This document shows, one piece after another, positions 11,839-25,160 of a stretch of DNA of 64,000 nucleotides. The DNA comes from Mobula hypostoma (taxonomy: Eukaryota). Positions within the stretch are counted from its first letter, which is position 1. Every line of letters begins with the position of its first letter. Location: contig NC_086097.1 of assembly GCF_963921235.1 (NCBI RefSeq), positions 7,502,001 through 7,566,000 of the forward strand. The letters run 5' to 3'. The position numbers and the translations under genes were made by a program. The notes beneath the pieces are model-generated. The model was not told the origin of the DNA. It saw only the letters and a program-made list of their open reading frames with translations, and did not search any database.

Positions 11839-12365
11839 TGCTGAAGATATCCACGAACACTCCAGACAGTTGGTTGCTGCAGGATTTCAGAATGTGGTCA
11901 GAGACACCACTGGGGCCTGACACCTTGCCAGGGTTCACCCTCTTGAAGAATGTTCTGAAATTGGCCTCTGAGACAGAGATGATAGAGTTGTCAGATGCTA
12001 CAGAGATATCCATGTGTTAATCTCCCTTTCAAAGCATGCACAAAAGATGATGATCTCATCAGGAGGTGAGGTCTCACTGCCATTTATGCTGTTCAGTTTT
12101 GTCTTTTGGGACGTAATGGCATGTAAACCAACCACCACTGCCGTGCATCCAATTGTATCTCCAATTTTTCACAGAATTACCTTTCCCCTCACACAATAGC
12201 CTTTCATTGGTTGTACCTGGACTTGCTGTAAGGTTTCTGGTATGGCTACATTTCGTATGTCCTCGAAGGTACAAGGTCATTTACGCAGGTTTTGATGAAG
12301 TCAGTGATGGCCTTGGTAAATTCATTCAGATCCAAACGCAAACCCCTGAACATGGTTCAGTCCAG
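11835..12365 (-). mobile_element. Rex1/Babar-like LINE, region upstream of RT
   Basis: ORF 11768..12013 (VNPGKVSGPSGVSDHILKSCSNQLSGVFVDIF). Confidence 0.75.
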
Positions 12366-12805
12366 CGATTCAAAGTAATCAGGATTCAAGATTGTTCAGT
12401 GTTATTTCCTGTATACAAGTGTAAAGGAGAATGAAGTATTTGTTACTCTGCATCTGATGCACAACTAACAAACGCAATAAGTAAAGAACAGAATAAAAAT
12501 AAAACAGAGAATAGATATGAATACATAAGCTAGATTAAATACAGGATTGATTGTATATCCATAAAGAGAAGCTAGGAACAGGAGTGTCTGTACATAAGGT
12601 GACTCTGAAAGGAAATGATAAAGTAGTGGTGGTTGGGGATGTGGAGGGGTGGGTTAGTGGGTGGAGGCTTTGATCATCCTTACTGCTTAGTGAAAGTAAC
12701 CGTTTTTGAGTCTGGTGGTCCTGGTGTGGAGGCTGTGTCGCCCCCTCCCTGATGGAAGTGGGACAAACCATAATCAGGGTGAGTGGGATCCTGCAGGCCT
12801 TTCTG
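12366..12805 (-). mobile_element. Rex1/Babar-like 3' end
   Basis: Reverse-complement match to 16800..17236, including the (tcttgaa) tail. Confidence 0.7.
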
Positions 12806-13601
12806 TATATATATGTCATTGATGTGTGTGGGGGAGTGTCCACACTGTTTCTCTAAATAAATAAATAGCATTCTTAATTGTGGTGTAACAGTGATCAAGT
12901 GTGTACTAGTTGAGTAATCTTTGACAGTAATTAGGACACCAGTGTTAAACTCAACAAGATGAAATGCATAAACGATAACTTCCTTTTACATTGCTGGGAT
13001 AAATTTTTGTATTGCCCTTGAATGACTTTGCTTTTTATTTCTACCATAACCAAAAGCAATGTTTTATAGCTTCTGCAGAAGCCAATGTCTTACAAACATA
13101 AAGCATGATATACAAAGGTTACGAAATGATGAATGAACAAGAAAGTTATCAACTTTGCAATACATTAATTAATGTTCTACTGTTACTGTTCTGTATGGAT
13201 AGTTCTGAGTTTTATGACTTTGCAAGTGAACAATAATTAGTTTATGTTTTGTTTCTGGCACCCTGTCTACTTTATTATATTACCATATGACTTATAGAAT
13301 TTGTCTTATTGACCTCATTTTGAAATGAAAAAATGTGGATTTCCAAAACAAAAGGTTATACTTCAGTCACTTTTCAGTCCTTACATTATTTCCGGAAACC
13401 AGCCATAGAATAAGGAAATCCTCTAAAAAAAATTCTAACTGCATTAATTTCATTATGAGGTGTTTCCTCTGAATTGGAGTTTCTGTTGTTAGCGGGACTA
13501 CTCATCATGGCTGAATCAAATAACAATTTCACACTATTTTCTAATATAATGCACCAGATTTCATTATGGAGTTTAAGGTAAAGCAACCCTTAGGATACAG
13601 T

Positions 13602-14100
13602 GAATTGAATTGAATTGACTTTATTTCTTACATCCTTCACGTACATGAGGAGTAAAAATCTTTATGCTATGTCTCCATTTAAATGTGCAATGTGCAATCA
13701 TAGTAATTTATAATAAATAGAACAGTCAATGTAACATAGAAATACACTCAAATCAGCGTGACTTAATCAGTCTGATGACCTGGTGGAAAAAGGCTGTCCC
13801 GGAGCCTGTTGGTCCTGGCTTTTGTACTGCAGTACCATTTCTCATTTGATAGCAGCTTAAATAGATTGTGGTTGGGGTGACTTGGGTCCCCAATGATTCA
13901 CCAGGCCCTTTTTTCACACTTGTTTTTTTAAATGTCCTGAAACATGGGAAATTCACAACAAATGTGCTGGGCTGTCCACACCACTCTCTGCAGAGCCCTG
14001 CGATTAAGGGAGGTACAGTTCCCATACCAGGCAGTGGTGCAACCAGTCAGGATGCTCTCAATTGTGCCCCTGTAGAAAGTTCTTAGGATTTGGGGGCCCG
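13602..14100 (-). mobile_element. Rex1/Babar-like 3' end
   Basis: ORF 13753..14025 remnant and (ttcaa)n tail at 13602..13617. Confidence 0.75.
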
Positions 14101-14320
14101 TAATATGTTAGAATTCAACCTGCAGTTTGAGAGGGAGAAGCTAGAGATGTATCAGTGTTACAGTGGAGTAAATGGAATTACAGTGGTATGAGAGAGGAGC
14201 TGGCATGTTGATTGGAAGGATGGCATTGGATGGTGTTCTTGTGATTGTTCTGAGCATCATTATTGTTGCTACTTTTGAATTTGAATGTCTGTGAAATTAC
14301 TTTGCTTCAAAAGGGCTTTC

Positions 14321-14524
14321 CTTTTTTTTATAATTTATTTTTTATTGAAGTTCATCATCAAACAAACATTTCCATAAAATGTATTTCAAAGACTGTACAT
14401 ATATATCATATATTCATATTTGTCACAAATCTCCACATAATATTTATCTGAGGTATACACTTATAGAAAAGAGAGGAAAGAAAGAACAAGCAAAAGGAGA
14501 AAACTATCTACAAGTAGGGAGTGA
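14321..14524 (-). mobile_element. Poly(A)-tailed retroposon 3' end (L1/Tx1-like)
   Basis: AATAAA plus oligo-A on the minus strand; TSD tcaaaagg(g/a)ctttc at 14307..14320 and 14525..14538. Confidence 0.6.
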
Positions 14525-14781
14525 TCAAAAGGACTTTCTTTATAATGAACATTCTTAGTCAAGCGCAAGGATTAATGTTAAATTTGTCCTTCCACCTGAT
14601 CTTTAAGTGGCAAATGAACTGAAGCCCAAGGAAGTCAAATCAGATTAGAAGCAGGCCCAAGGCAGAGATTTTTTTTTTGCATGGGTTAATGTTTATTTGT
14701 GTTGTGTTACAGAATTTAATTCAATATCCAAGGAATTTGGCACAAATTTTCAGTCCCTTTTGTGGGAGATGGCATTTGCTG

Positions 14782-15060
14782 TGAGAGGGGGTAACTTCAA
14801 AGGAGACTGAGGGACAATGTTTTTTACACAGAGAGTGGTCAGTGCCCAGAACGCACTGCCTGGGGTGGTGGTAGAGACAGATACATTAGAGATTTTTTAA
14901 TGGTATTTAGACAGATACATGAATGTGGGGGAAATGAAAGGATATGGACAATGTGTAGGCAGAAGTTTAGTCGGCCATTTGATGACTAATTTGGTTTGGT
15001 ACAGCATTGTGGGGTGAAGGGCCTGGTCATGTGCTGGACAGTTCTGTGTTCTATGTTCTA
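14782..15060 (+). mobile_element. CR1 LINE, 3' end
   Basis: FFTQRVV remnant and (tgttcta)n tail. Confidence 0.85.
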
Positions 15061-15122
15061 GAGATGACATTTGCCTAAATTTGAGTCAGCAATCATAGAA
15101 TTACACAGCATAGAAATAGGTC

Positions 15123-16715
15123 ATAAGACCATGAGACATAGGAGTAGAATTAGGCCATTTGGCCCATCAAGTCTGGTCCACCATTCAATCATGGCTGATC
15201 CTTTTTTCCCTCCTCAACCCCAGTTCTCGGCCTTCTCCCCATAACCTTTGAAGCCATGTCTAATCAAGAACATATAAAACTTTGCCTTAATTACACACAG
15301 TGACCTGGCCTCCACAGCAGCCTGTGGTAATGAATTCCACAAATTCACCACTCTCTAGCTAAAGACATTTCTCTGCACCTCTGTTTAAAATGGACATCCC
15401 TCTATCCTGAGTCTTTGTCCTCTTGTCCTAGACTCTCCCACCATGGGATACATGCTTTCCACTTTGTATAGGCTTTTCAATATTCAAAAGGTTTCAATGA
15501 GTTTCTCCCCTCCCCCCCCCCACACACTTCATTATTCTAAATTCTAGCTAGTACAGACCCAAAGCTATCAAACATTCCTCATGTGATAACCCTTCAATTC
15601 CTGGAATCATCCTTGTGAACCTCCTCTGAAACCTCCCCAATGCCAGCACATCTTAGATGAGGAGTCCAAAACTGTACACAATACTCAAGGTGAGGCCTCA
15701 CCAGTATCTTATAAAGCCTCAGCGTCACATCCCTGCTCTTGTATTCTAGACCCCTTGAAATGAATGCTAACATTGCATTTGTCTTCCTCACCACTGACTC
15801 AACCTGCAAGTTATCCTTTAGGGTGTTCTTCATAAGGACTCCCAAGTCCCTTTGAATCTCAGATTTTAGGATTTTCTCCCCATTTAGAAATTAGTCTGCA
15901 TATTTATTTCTTCTACCAAAGTGTATGACCATGCATTTTCCAATACTGTATTTCATTTGCCTTTTTCTTGCCCATTCTCCTAATCTGTCTAAGTTCCTTC
16001 TGCTTCATACATGTTTCCTGAATACTGTCTGCCCTGCCACCAATCTACATATCATCTGCAAACTTGGCAACAAAGCCATCTATTTCGTCATCTAACACAC
16101 TGATGTACAGCATAAAAAGAAGTGGTCCCAATACTGACCTCTGCAGAACACCACTACTCACTGGCAGCCAGCCAGAAAAGGATCCTTTTCTTTCCACTCG
16201 CTGACTCCTACCAATCAGCCAATGCTCTAACCATGTTAGTAACTTTCCTGTAACACTATGGGCTCTTAACTTGGTAAGCAGCCTCATGTGTGGCACCTTG
16301 TCAAAGGCCTTCTGAAAGTCCAAATTTACAACATCCACTGCATCCCCTTTATCTATCTGACTTGTAATCTCCTCAAGTAATTCCAGCAGGTCCATCAGGT
16401 AAGATTTTCCCTTAAGGAAACCATGCTGACTTTGTTCTATCTTGTCCTGTGTCTCCAAGTACTCCATATCCTCATCCTTAACAATTGTATCCAACATATT
16501 CTCAACTACTGAAGTCAAGTTAATTGGTCTATAATTTCCTTCCTGCTGCTTTCCTCCTTTCTTAATGAGTAGACTGACATTTTCAATCTTCCAGTCCTCT
16601 GGCACCAGGCCAGAGTCCAATGATTTTTGAAAGATCATTACTAATGCCTCCACAATCTCTACCGCTACCTCTTTCGGAACCCTAGGGTGCAGTTCATCTG
16701 GTTCGGGTGACTTGA
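15123..16715 (-). mobile_element. CR1 LINE, RT domain to 3' end (pseudogenised ORF2)
   Basis: ORF 16045..16725, 226 aa (NYRPINLTS, LDFQKAFDKVPH, KFADD), and ORF 15594..15845. Confidence 0.95.
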
Positions 16716-16799
16716 TGAACTGCACCCTGGGAAATATATCTCTTTGCCCAACATCTCTAACCTAACAATCAATCAAATATCTCTGTTAATCCCATTTGT

Positions 16800-17236
16800 C
16801 TGGACTCGGTTGGTAGGTTGCTGTGCTTTGGTGCTTATGGACTGCTCGTCCCACTCCCATCAGGGACGAGACTCTGTAGCATCCGTCCTGGGACCACCAG
16901 ACCCAAAACCAGTTCCGTTTCCCAAACAGCAAGGCTGATCAACAGCTCCACCCACTAACCACCCCACCACACTCCCATTACCACTACTTTATCATTTCTT
17001 GTCGGTCTCCTTATGTACAGACACTCCTGTGCCAAGTGTCACTTTATGGACATGCTGTACAATCAATGTATACAAGCTATTGTATGTATTTATAATTATT
17101 GTGTTTTTTAAATTATTGTTTTCATTACCTTATTGTGTTTTCCTGTGCTGTATCAGTTCCAGAGTAACAATTATGTTGTTCTCCTTTACACCTGTGTACT
17201 GGAAATGACATTAAACAATCTTGAATCTTGAATCTT
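16800..17236 (+). mobile_element. Rex1/Babar-like 3' end
   Basis: Matches 12366..12805; ends in aatcttgaatcttgaatctt. Confidence 0.7.
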
Positions 17237-17377
17237 CTGGTATTTATGCACATTAAGATGCCTATTAACCGTACCAGCCTCCAGTATTTTCACAGGCAGT
17301 GTTTTCCAGACTTCAAATTTGGTGTGGATGACACAATTCATCCTTGGATCCTCTGTGCACCTTTTGATCCTCAATGA

Positions 17378-17712
17378 TAATAGAACATAGAATAGTACAG
17401 CACAGTACAGGCCCTTCGGCCCACAATGTTGTGCCAACCCTCAAACCCTGCCTCCCATATAAGCCCCCACCTTAAATTCCTCCATATACCTGTCTAGTAG
17501 TCTCTTAAACTTCACTAGTGTATCTGCCTCCACCAATGACTCAGGCAGTGCATTCCACACACCAACCACTCTCTGAGTAAAAAACCTTCCTCTAATATAC
17601 CCCTTGAACTTCCCACCCCTTACCTTAAAGCCATGTCCTCTTGTATTGAGCAGTGGTGCCCTGGGGAGGAGGCGCTGGCTATCCACTCTATCTATTCCTC
17701 TTATCTTGTACA
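17378..17712 (-). mobile_element. CR1 LINE, 3' end (little diverged)
   Basis: ORF 17441..17734 (NTRGHGFKVRGGKF..FFTQRVVGVWNALP). Confidence 0.9.
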
Positions 17713-17779
17713 CAAGATAATTTCTGATCTTCAATACTATCTTTTTTATCTTAACTATCTTAGCTTACCTTTATACTTC

Positions 17780-18050
17780 ATACTTCATTGTCGCCAAACA
17801 ATTGATACTAGAACGTACAATCATCATAGCGTTATTTGATTCTGTGCTTCCCGCTCCCTGAATTACAAATCAATAATAAATATTAAAAATTTAAATTATA
17901 AATCATAAATAGAAAAATTAGAAAAATGGAAAGTAAGGTAGTACAAAAAAACTGAGATGCAGGTCCGGATATTTGGAGGGTACGGCCAAGATCCGGGTCA
18001 GGATCCATTCAGCAGTCTTATCACAGTTGGAAAGAAGCTGTTCCCAAATA
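17780..18050 (-). mobile_element. Rex1/Babar-like 3' end
   Basis: Near-identical to 45225..45495. Confidence 0.75.
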
Positions 18051-18432
18051 TCTTATTTTATCATTCACCTCTGTCTTTCAAGAAAGGTGTCTTACCATCT
18101 ACCCTATCTCTGGCACTCATAATTTTGTACAGTTTGTTCAGGTGCCCTTTCAGTACCTTCTGCCGAAACAGTGCAAAGTATTATTTGCCCTTTCGAAGCC
18201 CATGCTTGAATGTTGTACAAATGTTGTGAGTCCAGCACTCTGCTAACGCTTCTCACACTCCTCCCAGACCAGACATTGTCTCGTCTCTCCCCTTCCATTC
18301 GAAAGAAGGACAAGGTTGAAGACACAGACTGCTTACTCAAGGACAGCTTCTTTCTGTTGTTATAAGATCCTGCAATGGACTTTCGTATTTCAAAAATTAG
18401 TTATGGAACTCATAGTCTATCTTGTTGTCATC

Positions 18433-20460
18433 CTTAGACCACAAGACAATAAGACATAAGAGCAGAATTAGGCTATTCAGCCCATTGATTCCACTCCATC
18501 ATTCCATCATGACACACCTTGGATCCCATTCAACCCCATACACTTTGTCCTCTCACAATATCCCTTGATGCCCATTCAATCAGGAATCTATCAACTTTTG
18601 CTTGAAATGTACCTACAAACTTGGACTCCTCTGCAGTCTGTGGCAGAGCACTCCACAGATTCACCACTCTTTGGTTAAAAAGGTTCCTCCTTACTTCTGT
18701 TTGAAAAGGTCACCCCTCAATTTTGAGATTGTGCCTTCTAGCTCTGGATACCTTCCACATCCAACTTATCTAGTCCTTTCAACATTGGTAGATTTCAACG
18801 AGATTCTCCCTTATTCTTCTAAATTTCATTGAGTATAAGCCCAATCTGCCAAATGTTCCTCATATGTTAACTCCTTCATTATCAGAACCATCCTCAAAGA
18901 TCTCCTCTGGACTCTCTCCAATGACAACATATCCTTTCTGAGATAAGGAGCCCAAAACCATTGACCATATTCCAAGTGTGGCCTGACTAGTGTCTTATAA
19001 AGCTTCAGCATTATCTCCTTATTTTTATTAGTGCATATGCGCTGGTCGTGCATGCAGCCTGTTACAGTTGCTCCGTTTAGTTCGTTTCTTACTTTTTAAA
19101 CTTTTTAACTTAGGTTATTTGTTGTATTTTTTTTTCTCACGGTAACACGTTGAAGCTGCACCCTCTCTAACATGCTGGTGGAGAGAGTTTTATTTGTTTT
19201 TTTAGTGCTGGAAATAGTTACATTCAGACACGTCTCGTTAGCGGGGCAGCAGGATGGCTGCATTGTTTATTCCAGGGAGCAGCTGATTGCGCTCATGCCG
19301 ACCGGTTTAGCGAACAGAGCAGCGGACATCCTGGCTGAAATCTGGAGGTATTTTTTTTAACCAATTTCCCCCGGGATCAATAAAGTATGACTATGACTAT
19401 GACTATATTCTATTCCCCTTTAAATAAATGCCAACATTGCGTTTGGCTTCTTTACCACAGACTCAACCTGAGAATTAACCTTCCGGGAGTCTTGCACAAG
19501 GTCTCCTTAGTCCCATTGCACCTCCGATGTTTGAATGTTCTCCCGGTTGAGATAATAGTCCACACTATTGTTCCTTTTACCAAAATGCATTATCATACAT
19601 TTCCCAACACTGTTCCATCTGCCACTTTTTTGCCCGTTCTTCCAATTTGTCTAAGTCCTGCTGTAATCACATTGCTTCCTCAGCACTACCTACCCCTCCA
19701 CCTATCTTCATATCATCTGCAAGCTTTGTCACAAACTCATCAATTCCATTATCTAAGTCATTGCCAAGCAATGTGAAAAGTAGCGGTCCCAATATTGACT
19801 CCTGAAGAATACCACTAGTCGCTGGCAGCCAACCAGAAAAGGCCTCTTTTATTCCCACTTGCTGCCTCCTGCCTGTCAGCCACTACACTATCCATGCCAG
19901 TATCTTTCCTGTAATGCCAAAGGATTTTATCTTGTTAAGCAGCCTCATGTGAGACAGATTATCAAATGTCTTTTGAAAATCTAAGCAAATAACATCCACT
20001 GCCTCTTCTTGGTCCATCCTGCTTGTTACCTCCTCGAAGACTTCTAACAGATTTGTCAGGCAATATTTCCCTTCACAGAAACCATGATGACTTTGATTTA
20101 TTTTGTCATTAGTCTCCAAGTACCCTGAAACCTTGTCCTTCATAATCGAATCCAACACTGATCCTACTACTGAGGTTAGGCTAACTGGCCTATAATTTCC
20201 TCTTCTTTGTTTTCCTCCCTTCTTAAAGGGTGGAGTGGCACTTGTAATTTTCCAGTCCTCCAGGACCATGCCAGAATCAAGTGATTCTTGATAGATCATA
20301 ATCAATGCATCCATTATCTCTTCAGCAACCTCTCTGAGGACTCTGGTATGTAATCCACTTGATCCAGGTGACTAAGCCACCATAAGGCCTTTGAGTTTGC
20401 TGGGCCCTTTTTCCTTTGTAATAGCAATGGCACTCAGTTCTGCTCCCTGACACTCACGGA
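18433..20460 (-). mobile_element. CR1 LINE, RT to 3' end, with an insertion at about 19031..19405
   Basis: ORFs 19883..20314, 19667..19858 (KLADD) and 18826..19053. Confidence 0.92.
19031..19405 (+). mobile_element. Short internally deleted Rex1-like element nested in CR1
   Basis: IVYSREQLIAL leader peptide; tail accaatttcccccgggatcaataaag(tatgac)n shared with 58730..58780. Confidence 0.55.
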
Positions 20461-20829
20461 TCCTTGCATCTTTTTGTCCATTTGTACTACACTTTATATC
20501 TGTAACTGTAAGAGCATATTCTGTATTTGATTCTTCCTTTGCAATACCTCAGTGTACGTAGTTTTGAAATTATAAGACAATAAGATATTGGAGCAGAATT
20601 AGGCCATTTGGTCCATCGAGTCTGCTCTGCCTTTTCATCTTGGCTGATCCATTTCCCTCTCATCCACTATCTCTTGCCTTTTCTCTGTAACCTTCATGCC
20701 CTGACCCATCAAGATTCCTCTTATCTGTAAGGATAGCTTATAAAGCTAAGTTTTTATGGATCTCAGTTCACATGACAATAATAAAACAATTCCAATTTCA
20801 ATTCCTATCTAATCATCAGAGGAGTTGTA

Positions 20830-21243
20830 ATGAAGTGGATATGGCCCAGTCCATCCTGGGGGCAGCCTCCCACCACTGAGCACACCTACATGCAGTGCTT
20901 TTGCAGGAAAATAACATCCACCAGGACACGCTCGCTTCTCACCGCTGCCATCAGGTACAAGAGCCTCAGGCCCCCACCACTAGGTTCAGGAACAGTTATT
21001 ACCCCTCAACTAACAGGCTCGTGTACAGCAGGGATAACTTCATTCACAACTTCACCCACACCATCACTGATAACCACAATCTATGCCCTCACTTCGGACT
21101 CTTCATATCATATTGTCAATATTTATTGTTTATTTATTATTATTATTGTTTGCTTCTTTGCATTTACTGCGAATGCCCACATGAAAACAATTCTCAAGGT
21201 TGTATGTACTTTGATAATAAATTTACATTGAAATTTGAACTTT
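20830..21243 (+). mobile_element. Rex1/Babar-like 3' end
   Basis: TTRFRNSYYPS remnant and aactttga-type tail. Confidence 0.7.
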
Positions 21244-22007
21244 AGAAATGAATATTATGGAATTATTCCATAATTTGAATTTATTGAAATTATTTCTGAA
21301 ATGTAATCACATGCATAGCCGACTGAATATTTTACCTGCTTTCTTGAAACTGGAGTCTATTTAATTCTTGATATGAAGAGAAGATATAAGAAACTTATTA
21401 TTGCTTAAACTTCCTGACATTTTAAGTGCTTTTCATTTACAATTTCAACAACACTAACCAGAAGAAATGGCTCCACATTTTATTTACAATCACACTACAC
21501 ACAGCACCTTAGGAAAATCACCCCCATCTGTCTTTTTGTCAGCAGAAGGATTAAAGTGCAGGAGCATGAGGAATGCCGCATTACCAATGATCTCATGCAT
21601 TAGTCCACAAGGACAACAGACCTTGTAGAGCATAACAACCTATCAATTATAGTATTAGAGTACCGATGAACAATGCCACAATTGATTTTGGTGAGTAAAA
21701 ATAATGCCATGAGATCAATCACAGTAATGTTGCTTTGCCTTCAAACTTTACAATAAACAGCTTCACTAGAAAGAATTGTTATGATGTGAACTGTGCAAAA
21801 CCACTCTTAGTTAAAATTATGATAGCTATAATTATGAAAATTACAGAAATCTTCAAAGTTAACACAGTAAATGCAAACCATTCTTAACAAATTTAAAAAG
21901 AGAAGGTACTGGATATTCCCAATAATTCGGAAGCATTCTGATGAAGAAATGAATATTCCCTGATCATTCAGTCACTCAAGCCTATCCCATCAATTAACCA
22001 AACCACA

Positions 22008-22345
22008 ATACCATAAAATACTGAAGCAGAATTAAGCCAATTAGCCCATTGAATCTGCTCTGCCATTCCATCATGACAGACTTATTATCCCTTTCAACCC
22101 CATTTTCTTGCCTTCTCCCCATAACCTTTGATTTTGTTTTTATTGCTGTCTTTATCTTCCTTTGTTGGCCAAGGTTTGCACATCCTCCCTTTAGAATACT
22201 TCTTCTTTGGCATGTGTCTATCCTGTTCTGCTTCCAGAAACTCCAGCCATTGCTGCTCTGCTAGCATCCCTGCTAGTGTCCCCTTCCAATCAATTTTGGC
22301 CAGCTCTTCTCTCGTGACTCTGTAATTCTCATTATTCCAGTGTAA
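22008..22345 (-). mobile_element. CR1 fragments (tail joined to an internal ORF2 piece)
   Basis: Tail matches 15123..15250; internal part matches 41050..41640. Confidence 0.65.
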
Positions 22346-23696
22346 TTAGATTATGATTGGTTTGCAACCAACTCCATGCAGTCACCTTAAGTGCTTAATA
22401 TTTAATAAACCTGCCTGACAATAGTTGGGAAATACCACTATTTTAAACAGGTTTTCACTATCAGATCTGATGAGTATTTTATACTTCATTAAAAAAGAGT
22501 CAATATCAGTGGTGAATGTGTGGTGAAGCATATTGCTGAATGGCAGTCTTTTAGGTTATTAAAGGTCTAAAGGGAGACACATGGTTATTATATTGATATT
22601 TATTTCTGCCATGTTTGTTTTTTATTTAATGGATAATTTTATGTTTTGTAAGCTATGATTTACATAATTTCAACAATGACTCAAGGGTTTGGGGAAAAAT
22701 TTGTAAAGGGGTTCAATAAAATTTTAATCATAATAAAAGAGTCAATATCCGAAGAATTAAATAATATTAATATTGCAATCATATTAGTTTATATTGATCT
22801 GTCATAGTTGAAAAACTAGTTTATTAATTATATTTTCAGCAGAAACCATTTGAAGTTGGATGTTTTATTAAAACAAAATGATGACCCAATTGACTAATCA
22901 AGTTACCATGTCGAATAATATTACTCGCTTGGAGGCAAGATTGTTAGGTCTAATTTTTCATAAGCCTCAGTATTTCCTTCTTTAGAAGTGAAAATAAATT
23001 AATATTTTCCTGCTTTGTCTGGTTATGAATTGGCAGTCTTTGTCCAACCTTAAAAATATTTCATTCCATTAATTTTCAGAGATCTGTGCAAGAAATTTTA
23101 TCTGGATTAATACAGTGGATTATGGTTAATTGGGTCAACAGTGGTACTGCTACATTTTGGGCCAATTTTGTGGCTGCGCCAATTAGCAAATTTCATAGAA
23201 ATAGTTAAAAGGCATAATAAAGACAAACTGCCATTTAACAAACAAAATCTGTATTTGAATGAACTGCAGAACAAATGAGAGCTCTACCAATACTACTACA
23301 GTATTATAAAACTGTGTATTAGTTCCTAATAGATGGTGACTTAAGAATTTATTGCTGCTGTGTTCTCTTAATTGACTGTAAATGAACAAAATCAGCACAG
23401 ACACTGAGTGCAGATAATGGACTGTCTTTATTGCCTTCCTGCAGAAAGTCAAAAAATAAAAAAACAAAATGATCAAAAATTTCTGCCATATAAATCGGGA
23501 ACCATCGGCCCAAATAGATAATATACGCAAGCATATACAACTGACACTATTTAAAAAATTGTTGCTGGCATCTCCAAACCTGAACACTTGAAAGCACACT
23601 GAGCCATATAGTTCTGAGATGTCTTACTGCTTATTTCTTGCCAAATAGCCATGACAAAAACCACTTCTTTTTGAACACAAACACATGCAACTGACC

Positions 23697-23960
23697 CTGA
23701 GTTATAAGGAAAGATAGAATAAATTAGGACTTTATTCCTTTAGAATTTAGAAGATTGAGAGGAGATTTGATAGAGGTAAATGAGAGGAGATTTGATAGAG
23801 GTATATAAAATTATGACAGGTATAGATAGGGTAAATGCAAGCAGGCATTTTCTACTGAGGATGGGTGGGACTAGAATAGAGGTCATGGATTAAGGGTGAA
23901 AGGTGAAATTTTAATGGGAATATCAGAGGAAACTTCTTCACTCAGAGGGCTGTGAGAGTC
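23697..23960 (+). mobile_element. CR1 LINE, 3' fragment
   Basis: LRGDLIEVYKIM remnant with a local duplication of tgagaggagatttgatagaggta. Confidence 0.8.
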
Positions 23961-24115
23961 TTATCTTCCTTTTATCGGTTCCATAGGCAGAGGATGTAAC
24001 ATATTTTGTGCTACATTGAATGAAAAGAGTCTGTTTCATTCTCTTCCCTGTGACAGCTGTAAACGGTTAATGTTCTGCTTTTTCAGATCTTTCCCAGGTG
24101 ATTTGACAGGCATAC

Positions 24116-24217
24116 CTGAATCTCAGCAGTTTTGACAGTTAAAGGAGGAACTGGCTCAAGTACCAGTGAGTCACTTTGTGTCTCTGCTGTTTTCGTGTCT
24201 TGACACCAATGCCCAAC
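24116..24217 (-). other. Candidate host coding exon (102 nt, phase 0-0), unidentified
   Basis: tattctgtttcatgcag| ... cag|gtatgc; the only open frame reads VGHWCQDTKTAETQSDSLVLEPVPPLTVKTAEIQ; lies in a TE-free island. Confidence 0.35.
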
Positions 24218-24504
24218 CTGCATGAAACAGAATACTACTGATGCTGTCACACTGTGACATCTGCTCAGATCCAAAATCTGTTTATCAAGATTCAAAGTAT
24301 AAGGTTACATTAAAAACGGCTCTCATATTACCGTTAAAACTTGATTCCCAGGTTACTCATTGAGACTACATTCAGGGTGTGTGTGCACAACATTTAAATT
24401 GCTAAAAAGTACCTTGTAGGACGGACAGTACAAAGATTGAATAAAGATTGTTCTTAGAACTTGAATCCTATAGCTCACGTAGATATCAAATAATTGAGTC
24501 AATC

Positions 24505-25160
24505 ATAGAACATAGAACATAGACCAGTACAGCATAGAAACATGCTTTTCGACCCACAATGTCGTGCAGAGCCAATTAAATTAGTAATCAAATGGGCAAC
24601 TAAACTAATCTCTTCTGCCTGCACAAAGTCAATATCCCTCGATTTTCCTCACACTCATGTGCCTACCTAAATGTATCTTGAAAATCCCTAATGTATCTGC
24701 CTCTACCACCTCCTTCTAGGCACCCCACTCTTTGTATAAGTAAACTTGCCCCTCACATCTCCATTGAAATGACACCCTGTCATCTTAAATGCATGCTTCC
24801 TGGTTTTAGACATCCAACCCTAGGAAAAAGATCTTCTGTCTATGCCTCTGATAATCTTGTAAACCTCCATCAGATCTCTCCTCAGCCTCCACCATTCCAG
24901 AGAGATCAACCTGAAATTGTTGAATCTCTTGTTATTTCTCATACCCTCTCATCCAGGTAGCATGATGGTAAACTTCTTCTGCACCCTGTTCCAAAGTCTT
25001 CCTATAATGGCAACCAAGGCAGGCTGCTGGTGATATTCACTCCGAGGCACTTGAAGCTATCAAACCTCAGAATGTTTTGGAATGCTCCACTGTGGCCTAA
25101 CTAGAGTTTTATAAAGTTGCAATATAACTTCCTGACTTTGAACTCAATGCATTGACTAAT
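24505..25160 (-). mobile_element. CR1 LINE, 3' fragment (old)
   Basis: (tgttcta)n tail at 24505..24522 and degraded ORF2 C-terminus. Confidence 0.75.

Noticed and set aside
24087..24165. Plus-strand exon (ttttcag|...|gtgagt)
   Set aside because: Stop codons occur in all three frames.
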